A stretch of DNA of 64,000 bases from the human T2T-CHM13v2.0 reference genome, Homo sapiens: assembly GCF_009914755.1 (NCBI RefSeq), contig NC_060932.1; one strand, 5' to 3'. This document shows, piece by piece, positions 1-12,100 of this stretch. A model generated the notes under the pieces. The model was given only the letters and a program-made list of their open reading frames with translations, was not told the origin of the DNA and searched no databases. The first letter of the stretch is position 1; each line of letters starts with the position of its first letter. A program made the translations under genes and the position numbers.

Positions 1-247
1 CATTCCCTTTCATAGAGTAGGTTTGAAACCCTCTTTTTATAGTGTCTGGAAGCGGGCATTTGGAGCGCTTTCAGGCCTATGCTGAAAAAGGAAATATCTA
101 CCTATAGAAACTAGACAGAAGCATTCTGAGAATCACGTTTGTGATGTGGGTACTCAACTAACAGTGTTGATCCATTCTTTTGATACAGCAGTTTTGAACC
201 ACACTTTTTGTAGAATCTGCAAGTGGATATTTGGATAGCTGTGAGGA

Positions 248-264
248 TTTCGTTGGAAACGGGA
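248..264 (+). promoter_or_regulatory. CENP-B box, monomer b (intact; present in all HOR types)
   Basis: TTTCGTTGGAAACGGGA matches the core nTTCGnnnnAnnCGGGn. Confidence 0.95.
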
Positions 265-418
265 ATGTCTTCATAGAAAATTTAGACAGAAGCATTCTCA
301 GAACCTTGATTGTGATGTGTGTTCTCCACTAACAGAGTTGAACCTTTCTTTTGACAGAACTGTTCTGAAACATTCTTTTTATAGAATCTGGAAGTGGATA
401 TTTGGAAAGCTTTGAGGA

Positions 419-435
419 TTTCGTTGGAAACGGGA
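419..435 (+). promoter_or_regulatory. CENP-B box, monomer c (intact; only 171 bp after box b; in 11- and 7-mers)
   Basis: TTTCGTTGGAAACGGGA. Confidence 0.95.
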
Positions 436-760
436 ATATCTTCAAATAAAATCTAGCCAGAAGCATTCTAAGAAACAGCTTAGGGATGTTTACATTCAAG
501 TCACAGAGTTGAACATTCCCTTTCACAGAGCAGGTTTGAAACAATCTTCTCGTACTATCTGGCAGTGGACATTTTGAGCTCCTTGGGGCCTATGCTGAAA
601 AAGGAAATATCTTCCGACAAAAACTAGACAGAAGCATTCGCAGAATCACGTTTGTGATGTGTGCACTCAACTGTCAGAATTGAACCTTGGTTTGGAGAGA
701 GCACTCTTGAAACACTCTTTTTGTAGAATCTGCAGGTGGATATTTGGCTAGCTTTGAGGA

Positions 761-777
761 TTTCGTTGGAAACGGTA
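761..777 (+). promoter_or_regulatory. Degenerate CENP-B box, monomer e (G16>T in the core; in 11- and 7-mers)
   Basis: TTTCGTTGGAAACGGTA: the core CGGG is changed to CGGT at 776. Confidence 0.9.
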
Positions 778-931
778 ATGTCTTCAAAGAAAATCTAGAC
801 AGAAGCATTCTCAGAAACACCTTCGTGATGTTTGCAATCAAGTCACAGAGTTGAACCTTCCGTTTCATAGAGCAGGTTGGAAACACTCTTTTTGTAGTAT
901 CTGGAAGTGGACATTTGGAGTGCTTTCAGGC

Positions 932-948
932 CTATGGTGAAAAAGGAA
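932..948 (+). promoter_or_regulatory. pJalpha (A-type) box, monomer f; equivalent, partly diverged sites in monomers a, d, h, j
   Basis: CTATGGTGAAAAAGGAA sits at the monomer position occupied by the CENP-B box in B-type monomers. Confidence 0.8.
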
Positions 949-1101
949 ATATCTTCCCATAAAAACGACATAGAAGCTATCTCAGGAACTTGTTTATGAT
1001 GCATCTAATCAACTAACAGTGTTGAACCTTTGTACTGACAGAGCAGTTTGAAACACTCTTTTTTTGGAATCTGCAAGTGGATATTTGGATCGCTTTGAGG
1101 A

Positions 1102-1118
1102 TTTCGTTGGAAACGGGA
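1102..1118 (+). promoter_or_regulatory. CENP-B box, monomer g (intact; in 11- and 8-mers)
   Basis: TTTCGTTGGAAACGGGA. Confidence 0.95.
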
Positions 1119-1439
1119 TGCAATATAAAACGTACACAGCAGCATACTCAGAAAATACTTTGCCATATTTCCATTCAAGTCACAGAGTGGAACATTCCCA
1201 TTCATAGAGCAGGTTGGAAACACTCTTTTTGGAGTATCTGGAAGTGGACATTTGGAGCGCTTTCTGAACTATGGTGAAAAAGGAAATATCTTCCAATGAA
1301 AACAAGACAGAAGCATTCTGAGAAACTTATTTGTGATGTGTGTCCTCAACAAACGGACTTGAACCTTTCGTTTCATGCAGTACTTCTGGAACACTCTTTT
1401 TGAAGATTCTGCATGCGGATATTTGGATAGCTTTGAGGA

Positions 1440-1456
1440 TTTCGTTGGAAACGGGC
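1440..1456 (+). promoter_or_regulatory. CENP-B box, monomer i (core intact, terminal A>C; in 11- and 8-mers)
   Basis: TTTCGTTGGAAACGGGC; all nine core positions are retained. Confidence 0.93.
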
Positions 1457-1687
1457 TTACATGTAAAAATTAGACAGCAGCATTCTCAGAAACTTCTTTG
1501 TGGTGTCTGCATACAAGTCACAGAATTGAACATCCCCTCACATAGAGCAGTTGTGCAGCACTCTATTTGTAGTATCTGGAAGTGGACATTTGGAGGGCTT
1601 TGTAGCCTATCTGGAAAAAGGAAATATCTTCCCATGAATGCGAGATAGAAGTAATCTCAGAAACATGTTTATGCTGTATCTACTCAA

Positions 1688-3043
1688 CTAACTGTGCTGA
1701 ACATTTCTATTGATAGAGCAGTTTTGAGACACTCTTCTTTTGGAATCTGCAAGTGGATATTTGGATAGATTTGAGGATTTCGTTGGAAACGGGATTATAT
1801 ATAAAAAGTAGACAGCAGCATTCTCAGAAACTTCTTTGTGATGTTTGCATCCAGCTCTCAGAGTTGAACATTCCCTTTCATAGAGTAGGTTTGAAACCCT
1901 CTTTTTATAGTGTCTGGAAGCGGGCATTTGGAGCGCTTTCAGGCCTATGCTTAAAATAGGAAATATCTACCTACAGAAACTAGACAGAAGCATTCTGAGA
2001 ATCACGTTTGTGATGTGGGTACTCAACTAACAGTGTTGATCCATTCTTTTGATACAGCAGTTTTGAACCACACTTTTTGTAGAATCTGCAAGAGGATATT
2101 TGGATAGCTGTGAGGATTTCGTTGGAAACGGGAATGTCTTCAAAGAAAATCTAGACAGAAGCATTCTCAGAAACACCTTCGTGATGTTTGCAATCAAGTC
2201 ACAGAGTTGAACCTTCCGTTTCATAGAGCAGGTTGGAAACACTCTTATTGTAGTATCTGGAAGTGGACATATGGAGCGCTTTCAGGCCTATGGTGAAAAA
2301 GGAAATATCTTCCCATAAAAACGACATAGAAGCTATCTCAGGAACTTGTTTATGATGCATCTAATCAACTAACAGTGTTGAACCTTTGTACTGACAGAGC
2401 ACTTTGAAACACTCTTTTTTTGGAATCTGCAAGTGGATATTTGGATCGCTTTGAGGATTTCGTTGGAAACGGGATGCAATATAAAACGTACACAGCAGCA
2501 TACTCAGAAAATACTTTGCCATATTTCCATTCAAGTCACAGAGTGGAACATTCCCATTCATAGAGCAGGTTGGAAACACTCTTTTTGGAGTATCTGGAAG
2601 TGGACATTTGGAGCGCTTTCTGAACTATGGTGAAAAAGGAAATATCTTCCAATGAAAACAAGACAGAAGCATTCTGAGAAACTTATTTGTGATGTGTGTC
2701 CTCAACAAACGGACTTGAACCTTTCGTTTCATGCAGTACTTCTGGAACACTCTTTTTGAAGATTCTGCATGCGGATATTTGGATAGCTTTGAGGATTTCG
2801 TTGGAAACGGGCTTACATGTAAAAATTAGACAGCAGCATTCTCAGAAACTTCTTTGTGGTGTCTGCATTCAAGTCACAGAATTGAACTTCCCCTCACATA
2901 GAGCAGTTGTGCAGCACTCTATTTGTAGTATCTGGAAGTGGACATTTGGAGGGCTTTGTAGCCTATCTGGAAAAAGGAAATATCTTCCCATGAATGCGAG
3001 ATAGAAGTAATCTCAGAAACATGTTTATGCTGTATCTACTCAA
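1688..3043 (+). repeat. 8-monomer HOR variant (1356 bp), representative copy; other copies at 11034, 13583, 17325, 21067, 22423, 23779, 25135, 29552, 38224, 39580 (1355 bp), 48250, 51992, 53348, 57090, 60832
   Basis: Anchor spacing is 1356 bp. Monomers c, d and most of e are missing, with a b/e hybrid at ~2133-2142. Length equals 1868 - 513 + 1-bp insertion. Confidence 0.96.
1778..1794 (+). promoter_or_regulatory. CENP-B box, monomer k (intact; present in all HOR types)
   Basis: TTTCGTTGGAAACGGGA. Confidence 0.95.
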
Positions 3044-4236
3044 CTAACTGTGCTGAACATTTCTATTGATAGAGCAGTTTTGAGACACTCTTCTTTTGGA
3101 ATCTGCAAGTGGATATTTGGATAGATTTGAGGATTTCGTTGGAAACGGGATTATATATAAAAAGTAGACAGCAGCATTCTCAGAAACTTCTTTGTGATGT
3201 TTGCATCCAGCTCTCAGAGTTGAACATTCCCTTTCATAGAGTAGGTTTGAAACCCTCTTTTTATAGTGTCTGGAAGCGGGCATTTGGAGCGCTTTCAGGC
3301 CTATGCTGAAAAAGGAAATATCTACCTATAGAAACTAGACAGAAGCATTCTGAGAATCAAGTTTGTGATGTGGGTACTCAACTAACAGTGTTGATCCATT
3401 CTTTTGATACAGCAGTTTTGAACCACACTTTTTGTAGAATCTGCAAGTGGATATTTGGATAGCTGTGAGGATTTCGTTGGAAACGGGAATGTCTTCATAG
3501 AAAATTTAGACAGAAGCATTCTCAGAACCTTGATTGTGATGTGTGTTCTCCACTAACAGAGTTGAACCTTTCTTTTGACAGAACTGTTCTGAAACATTCT
3601 TTTTATAGAATCTGGAAGTGGATATTTGGAAAGCTTTGAGGATTTCGTTGGAAACGGGAATATCTTCAAATAAAATCTAGCCAGAAGCATTCTAAGAAAC
3701 ATCTTAGGGATGTTTACATTCAAGTCACAGAGTTGAACATTCCCTTTCACAGAGCAGGTTTGAAACAATCTTCTCGTACTATCTGGCAGTGGACATTTTG
3801 AGCTCTTTGGGGCCTATGCTGAAAAAGGAAATATCTTCCGACAAAAACTAGTCAGAAGCATTCGCAGAATCACGTTTGTGATGTGTGCACTCAACTGTCA
3901 GAATTGAACCTTGGTTTGGAGGGAGCACTTTTGAAACACACTTTTTGTAGAATCTGCAGGTGGATATTTGGCTAGCTTTGAGGATTTCGTTGGAAACGGT
4001 AATGTCTTCAAAGAAAATCTAGACAGAAGCATTCTCAGAAACACCTTCGTGATGTTTGCAATCAAGTCACAGAGTTGAACCTTCCGTTTCATAGAGCAGG
4101 TTGGAAACACACTTTTTGTAGTATCTGGAAGTGGACATTTGGAGGGCTTTGTAGCCTATCTGGAAAAAGGAAATATCTTCCCATGAATGCGAGATAGATG
4201 TAATCTCAGAAACATGTTTATGCTGTATCTACTCAA
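3044..4236 (+). repeat. 7-monomer HOR variant (1193 bp), representative copy; other copies at 6105, 12390, 14939, 16132, 18681, 19874, 26491, 30908, 35838, 37031, 40935, 45864, 47057, 49606, 50799, 54704, 55897, 58446, 59639, 62188
   Basis: Anchor spacing is 1193 bp. A 675-bp segment (end of f, g, h, i, most of j) is missing, with an f/j hybrid at 4115-4144. Confidence 0.96.
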
Positions 4237-6104
4237 CTAACTGTGCTGAACATTTCTATTGATAGAGCAGTTTTGAGACACTCTTCTTTTGGAATCTGCA
4301 AGTGGATATTTGGATAGATTTGAGGATTTCGTTGGAAACGGGATTATATATAAAAAGTAGACAGCAGCATTCTCAGAAACTTCTTTGTGATGTTTGCATC
4401 CAGCTCTCAGAGTTGAACATTCCCTTTCATAGAGTAGGTTTGAAACCCTCTTTTTATAGTGTCTGGAAGCGGGCATTTGGAGCGCTTTCAGGCCTATGCT
4501 GAAAAAGGAAATATCTACCTATAGAAACTAGACAGAAGCATTCTGAGAATCACGTTTGTGATGTGGGTACTCAACTAACAGTGTTGATCCATTCTTTTGA
4601 TACAGCAGTTTTGAACCACACTTTTTGTAGAATCTGCAAGTGGATATTTGGATAGCTGTGAGGATTTCGTTGGAAACGGGAATGTCTTCATAGAAAATTT
4701 AGACAGAAGCATTCTCAGAACCTTGATTGTGATGTGTGTTCTCCACTAACAGAGTTGAACCTTTCTTTTGACAGAACTGTTCTGAAACATTCTTTTTATA
4801 GAATCTGGAAGTGGATATTTGGAAAGCTTTGAGGATTTCGTTGGAAACGGGAATATCTTCAAATCAAATCTAGCCAGAAGCATTCTAAGAAACAGCTTAG
4901 GGATGTTTACATTCAAGTCACAGAGTTGAACATTCCCTTTCACAGAGCAGGTTTGAAACAATCTTCTCGTACTATCTGGCAGTGGACATTTTGAGCTCCT
5001 TGGGGCCTATGCTGAAAAAGGAAATATCTTCCGACAAAAACTAGACAGAAGCATTCGCAGAATCACGTTTGTGATGTGTGCACTCAACTGTCAGAATTGA
5101 ACCTTGGTTTGGAGAGAGCACTCTTGAAACACTCTTTTTGTAGAATCTGCAGGTGGATATTTGGCTAGCTTTGAGGATTTCGTTGGAAACGGTAATGTCT
5201 TCAAAGAAAATCTAGACAGAAGCATTCTCAGAAACACCTTCGTGATGTTTGCAATCAAGTCACAGAGTTGAACCTTCCGTTTCATAGAGCAGGTTGGAAA
5301 CACTCTTTTTGTAGTATCTGGAAGTGGACATTTGGAGTGCTTTCAGGCCTATGGTGAAAAAGGAAATATCTTCCCATAAAAACGACATAGAAGCTATCTC
5401 AGGAACTTGTTTATGATGCATCTAATCAACTAACAGTGTTGAACCTTTGTACTGACAGAGCAGTTTGAAACACTCTTTTTTTGGAATCTGCAAGTGGATA
5501 TTTGGATCGCTTTGAGGATTTCGTTGGAAACGGGATGCAATATAAAACGTACACAGCAGCATACTCAGAAAATACTTTGCCATATTTCCATTCAAGTCAC
5601 AGAGTGGAACATTCCCATTCATAGAGCAGGTTGGAAACACTCTTTTTGGAGTATCTGGAAGTGGACATTTGGAGCGCTTTCTGAACTATGGTGAAAAAGG
5701 AAATATCTTCCAATGAAAACAAGACAGAAGCATTCTGAGAAACTTATTTGTGATGTGTGTCCTCAACAAACGGACTTGAACCTTTCGTTTCATGCAGTAC
5801 TTCTGGAACACTCTTTTTGAAGATTCTGCATGCGGATATTTGGATAGCTTTGAGGATTTCGTTGGAAACGGGCTTACATGTAAAAATTAGACAGCAGCAT
5901 TCTCAGAAACTTCTTTGTGGTGTCTGCATTCAAGTCACAGAATTGAACATCCCCTCACATAGAGCAGTTGTGCAGCACTCTATTTGTAGTATCTGGAAGT
6001 GGACATTTGGAGGGCTTTGTAGCCTATCTGGAAAAAGGAAATATCTTCCCATGAATGCGAGATAGATGTAATCTCAGAAACATGTTTATGCTGTATCTAC
6101 TCAA
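4237..6104 (+). repeat. Full-length 11-monomer HOR (1868 bp), representative copy; other copies at anchors 7298, 9166, 27684, 32101 (1869 bp), 33970, 42128, 43996, plus the partial first unit 1-1687
   Basis: Anchor-ORF spacing is 1868 bp. The unit contains all 11 distinct monomers a-k, with starts CATTCTGAGAATCACG, CATTCTCAGAACCTTG, CATTCTAAGAAAC, CATTCGCAG, CATTCTCAGAAACACC, CTATCTCAGG, CATACTCAG, CATTCTGAGAAACTT, CATTCTCAGAAACTTCTTTGTGG, TAATCTCAG, CATTCTCAGAAACTTCTTTGTGA. Confidence 0.96.
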
Positions 6105-9100
6105 CTAACTGTGCTGAACATTTCTATTGATAGAGCAGTTTTGAGACACTCTTCTTTTGGAATCTGCAAGTGGATATTTGGATAGATTTGAGGATTTCGT
6201 TGGAAACGGGATTATATATAAAAAGTAGACAGCAGCATTCTCAGAAACTTCTTTGTGATGTTTGCATCCAGCTCTCAGAGTTGAACATTCCCTTTCATAG
6301 AGTAGGTTTGAAACCCTCTTTTTATAGTGTCTGGAAGCGGGCATTTGGAGCGCTTTCAGGCCTATGCTGAAAAAGGAAATATCTACCTATAGAAACTAGA
6401 CAGAAGCATTCTGAGAATCACGTTTGTGATGTGGGTACTCAACTAACAGTGTTGATCCATTCTTTTGATACAGCAGTTTTGAACCACACTTTTTGTAGAA
6501 TCTGCAAGTGGATATTTGGATAGCTGTGAGGATTTCGTTGGAAACGGGAATGTCTTCATAGAAAATTTAGACAGAAGCATTCTCAGAACCTTGATTGTGA
6601 TGTGTGTTCTCCACTAACAGAGTTGAACCTTTCTTTTGACAGAACTGTTCTGAAACATTCTTTTTATAGAATCTGGAAGTGGATATTTGGAAAGCTTTGA
6701 GGATTTCGTTGGAAACGGGAATATCTTCAAATCAAATCTAGCCAGAAGCATTCTAAGAAACAGCTTAGGGATGTTTACATTCAAGTCACAGAGTTGAACA
6801 TTCCCTTTCACAGAGCAGGTTTGAAACAATCTTCTCGTACTATCTGGCAGTGGACATTTTGAGCTCCTTGGGGCCTATGCTGAAAAAGGAAATATCTTCC
6901 GACAAAAACTAGACAGAAGCATTCGCAGAATCACGTTTGTGATGTGTGCACTCAACTGTCAGAATTGAACCTTGGTTTGGAGAGAGCACTCTTGAAACAC
7001 TCTTTTTGTAGAATCTGCAGGTGGATATTTGGCTAGCTTTGAGGATTTCGTTGGAAACGGTAATGTCTTCAAAGAAAATCTAGACAGAAGCATTCTCAGA
7101 AACACCTTCGTGATGTTTGCAATCAAGTCACAGAGTTGAACCTTCCGTTTCATAGAGCAGGTTGGAAACACACTTTTTGTAGTATCTGGAAGTGGACATT
7201 TGGAGGGCTTTGTAGCCTATCTGGAAAAAGGAAATATCTTCCCATGAATGCGAGATAGATGTAATCTCAGAAACATGTTTATGCTGTATCTACTCAACTA
7301 ACTGTGCTGAACATTTCTATTGATAGAGCAGTTTTGAGACACTCTTCTTTTGGAATCTGCAAGTGGATATTTGGATAGATTTGAGGATTTCGTTGGAAAC
7401 GGGATTATATATAAAAAGTAGACAGCAGCATTCTCAGAAACTTCTTTGTGATGTTTGCATCCAGCTCTCAGGGTTGAACATTCCCTTTCATAGAGTAGGT
7501 TTGAAACCCTCTTTTTATAGTGTCTGGAAGCGGGCATTTGGAGCGCTTTCAGGCCTATGCTGAAAAAGGAAATATCTACCTATAGAAACTAGACAGAAGC
7601 ATTCTGAGAATCACGTTTGTGATGTGGGTACTCAACTAACAGTGTTGATCCATTCTTTTGATACAGCAGTTTTGAACCACACTTTTTGTAGAATCTGCAA
7701 GTGGATATTTGGATAGCTGTGAGGATTTCGTTGGAAACGGGAATGTCTTCATAGAAAATTTAGACAGAAGCATTCTCAGAACCTTGATTGTGATGTGTGT
7801 TCTCCACTAACAGAGTTGAACCTTTCTTTTGACAGAACTGTTCTGAAACATTCTTTTTATAGAATCTGGAAGTGGATATTTGGAAAGCTTTGAGGATTTC
7901 GTTGGAAACGGGAATATCTTCAAATCAAATCTAGCCAGAAGCATTCTAAGAAACAGCTTAGGGATGTTTACATTCAAGTCACAGAGTTGAACATTCCCTT
8001 TCACAGAGCAGGTTTGAAACAATCTTCTCGTACTATCTGGCAGTGGACATTTTGAGCTCCTTGGGGCCTATGCTGAAAAAGGAAATATCTTCCGACAAAA
8101 ACTAGACAGAAGCATTCGCAGAATCACGTTTGTGATGTGTGCACTCAACTGTCAGAATTGAACCTTGGTTTGGAGAGAGCACTCTTGAAACACTCTTTTT
8201 GTAGAATCTGCAGGTGGATATTTGGCTAGCTTTGAGGATTTCGTTGGAAACGGTAATGTCTTCAAAGAAAATCTAGACAGAAGCATTCTCAGAAACACCT
8301 TCGTGATGTTTGCAATCAAGTCACAGAGTTGAACCTTCCGTTTCATAGAGCAGGTTGGAAACACTCTTTTTGTAGTATCTGGAAGTGGACATTTGGAGTG
8401 CTTTCAGGCCTATGGTGAAAAAGGAAATATCTTCCCATAAAAACGACATAGAAGCTATCTCAGGAACTTGTTTATGATGCATCTAATCAACTAACAGTGT
8501 TGAACCTTTGTACTGACAGAGCAGTTTGAAACACTCTTTTTTTGGAATCTGCAAGTGGATATTTGGATCGCTTTGAGGATTTCGTTGGAAACGGGATGCA
8601 ATATAAAACGTACACAGCAGCATACTCAGAAAATACTTTGCCATATTTCCATTCAAGTCACAGAGTGGAACATTCCCATTCATAGAGCAGGTTGGAAACA
8701 CTCTTTTTGGAGTATCTGGAAGTGGACATTTGGAGCGCTTTCTGAACTATGGTGAAAAAGGAAATATCTTCCAATGAAAACAAGACAGAAGCATTCTGAG
8801 AAACTTATTTGTGATGTGTGTCCTCAACAAACGGACTTGAACCTTTCGTTTCATGCAGTACTTCTGGAACACTCTTTTTGAAGATTCTGCATGCGGATAT
8901 TTGGATAGCTTTGAGGATTTCGTTGGAAACGGGCTTACATGTAAAAATTAGACAGCAGCATTCTCAGAAACTTCTTTGTGGTGTCTGCATTCAAGTCACA
9001 GAATTGAACATCCCCTCACATAGAGCAGTTGTGCAGCACTCTATTTGTAGTATCTGGAAGTGGACATTTGGAGGGCTTTGTAGCCTATCTGGAAAAAGGA

Positions 9101-12100
9101 AATATCTTCCCATGAATGCGAGATAGATGTAATCTCAGAAACATGTTTATGCTGTATCTACTCAACTAACTGTGCTGAACATTTCTATTGATAGAGCAGT
9201 TTTGAGACACTCTTCTTTTGGAATCTGCAAGTGGATATTTGGATAGATTTGAGGATTTCGTTGGAAACGGGATTATATATAAAAAGTAGACAGCAGCATT
9301 CTCAGAAACTTCTTTGTGATGTTTGCATCCAGCTCTCAGAGTTGAACATTCCCTTTCATAGAGTAGGTTTGAAACCCTCTTTTTATAGTGTCTGGAAGCG
9401 GGCATTTGGAGCGCTTTCAGGCCTATGCTGAAAAAGGAAATATCTACCTATAGAAACTAGACAGAAGCATTCTGAGAATCACGTTTGTGATGTGGGTACT
9501 CAACTAACAGTGTTGATCCATTCTTTTGATACAGCAGTTTTGAACCACACTTTTTGTAGAATCTGCAAGTGGATATTTGGATAGCTGTGAGGATTTCGTT
9601 GGAAACGGGAATGTCTTCATAGAAAATTTAGACAGAAGCATTCTCAGAACCTTGATTGTGATGTGTGTTCTCCACTAACAGAGTTGAACCTTTCTTTTGA
9701 CAGAACTGTTCTGAAACATTCTTTTTATAGAATCTGGAAGTGGATATTTGGAAAGCTTTGAGGATTTCGTTGGAAACGGGAATATCTTCAAATCAAATCT
9801 AGCCAGAAGCATTCTAAGAAACAGCTTAGGGATGTTTACATTCAAGTCACAGAGTTGAACATTCCCTTTCACAGAGCAGGTTTGAAACAATCTTCTCGTA
9901 CTATCTGGCAGTGGACATTTTGAGCTCCTTGGGGCCTATGCTGAAAAAGGAAATATCTTCCGACAAAAACTAGACAGAAGCATTCGCAGAATCACGTTTG
10001 TGATGTGTGCACTCAACTGTCAGAATTGAACCTTGGTTTGGAGAGAGCACTCTTGAAACACTCTTTTTGTAGAATCTGCAGGTGGATATTTGGCTAGCTT
10101 TGAGGATTTCGTTGGAAACGGGAATGTCTTCAAAGAAAATCTAGACAGAAGCATTCTCAGAAACACCTTCGTGATGTTTGCAATCAAGTCACAGAGTTGA
10201 ACCTTCCGTTTCATAGAGCAGGTTGGAAACACTCTTTTTGTAGTATCTGGAAGTGGACATTTGGAGTGCTTTCAGGCCTATGGTGAAAAAGGAAATATCT
10301 TCCCATAAAAACGACATAGAAGCTATCTCAGGAACTTGTTTATGATGCATCTAATCAACTAACAGTGTTGAACCTTTGTACTGACAGAGCAGTTTGAAAC
10401 ACTCTTTTTTTGGAATCTGCAAGTGGATATTTGGATCGCTTTGAGGATTTCGTTGGAAACGGGATGCAATATAAAACGTACACAGCAGCATACTCAGAAA
10501 ATACTTTGCCATATTTCCATTCAAGTCACAGAGTGGAACATTCCCATTCATAGAGCAGGTTGGAAACACTCTTTTTGGAGTATCTGGAAGTGGACATTTG
10601 GAGCGCTTTCTGAACTATGGTGAAAAAGGAAATATCTTCCAATGAAAACAAGACAGAAGCATTCTGAGAAACTTATTTGTGATGTGTGTCCTCAACAAAC
10701 GGACTTGAACCTTTCGTTTCATGCAGTACTTCTGGAACACTCTTTTTGAAGATTCTGCATGCGGATATTTGGATAGCTTTGAGGATTTCGTTGGAAACGG
10801 GCTTACATGTAAAAATTAGACAGCAGCATTCTCAGAAACTTCTTTGTGGTGTCTGCATTCAAGTCACAGAATTGAACATCCCCTCACATAGAGCAGTTGT
10901 GCAGCACTCTATTTGTAGTATCTGGAAGTGGACATTTGGAGGGCTTTGTAGCCTATCTGGAAAAAGGAAATATCTTCCCATGAATGCGAGATAGAAGTAA
11001 TCTCAGAAACATGTTTATGCTGTATCTACTCAACTAACTGTGCTGAACATTTCTATTGATAGAGCAGTTTTGAGACACTCTTCTTTTGGAATCTGCAAGT
11101 GGATATTTGGATAGATTTGAGGATTTCGTTGGAAACGGGATTATATATAAAAAGTAGACAGCAGCATTCTCAGAAACTTCTTTGTGATGTTTGCATCCAG
11201 CTCTCAGAGTTGAACATTCCCTTTCATAGAGTAGGTTTGAAACCCTCTTTTTATAGTGTCTGGAAGCGGGCATTTGGAGCGCTTTCAGGCCTATGCTTAA
11301 AATAGGAAATATCTACCTACAGAAACTAGACAGAAGCATTCTGAGAATCACGTTTGTGATGTGGGTACTCAACTAACAGTGTTGATCCATTCTTTTGATA
11401 CAGCAGTTTTGAACCACACTTTTTGTAGAATCTGCAAGAGGATATTTGGATAGCTGTGAGGATTTCGTTGGAAACGGGAATGTCTTCAAAGAAAATCTAG
11501 ACAGAAGCATTCTCAGAAACACCTTCGTGATGTTTGCAATCAAGTCACAGAGTTGAACCTTCCGTTTCATAGAGCAGGTTGGAAACACTCTTATTGTAGT
11601 ATCTGGAAGTGGACATTTGGAGCGCTTTCAGGCCTATGGTGAAAAAGGAAATATCTTCCCATAAAAACGACATAGAAGCTATCTCAGGAACTTGTTTATG
11701 ATGCATCTAATCAACTAACAGTGTTGAACCTTTGTACTGACAGAGCACTTTGAAACACTCTTTTTTTGGAATCTGCAAGTGGATATTTGGATCGCTTTGA
11801 GGATTTCGTTGGAAACGGGATGCAATATAAAACGTACACAGCAGCATACTCAGAAAATACTTTGCCATATTTCCATTCAAGTCACAGAGTGGAACATTCC
11901 CATTCATAGAGCAGGTTGGAAACACTCTTTTTGGAGTATCTGGAAGTGGACATTTGGAGCGCTTTCTGAACTATGGTGAAAAAGGAAATATCTTCCAATG
12001 AAAACAAGACAGAAGCATTCTGAGAAACTTATTTGTGATGTGTGTCCTCAACAAACGGACTTGAACCTTTCGTTTCATGCAGTACTTCTGGAACACTCTT

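Noticed and set aside
289-303. Short dyads at monomer junctions (AGAAGCATTCT, TTCTCAGAA) and TTTC...GAAA in the CENP-B box as terminators or hairpins
   Set aside because: Stems of only 4-5 bp are generic to alpha satellite and give no support for a terminator or structured RNA.
1795-1807. TATATATAAAAAG TATA-like element in monomer k next to a CENP-B box
   Set aside because: It is an AT-rich satellite segment present in every HOR. Alpha satellite can be transcribed at low level, but the sequence alone does not support a promoter call.
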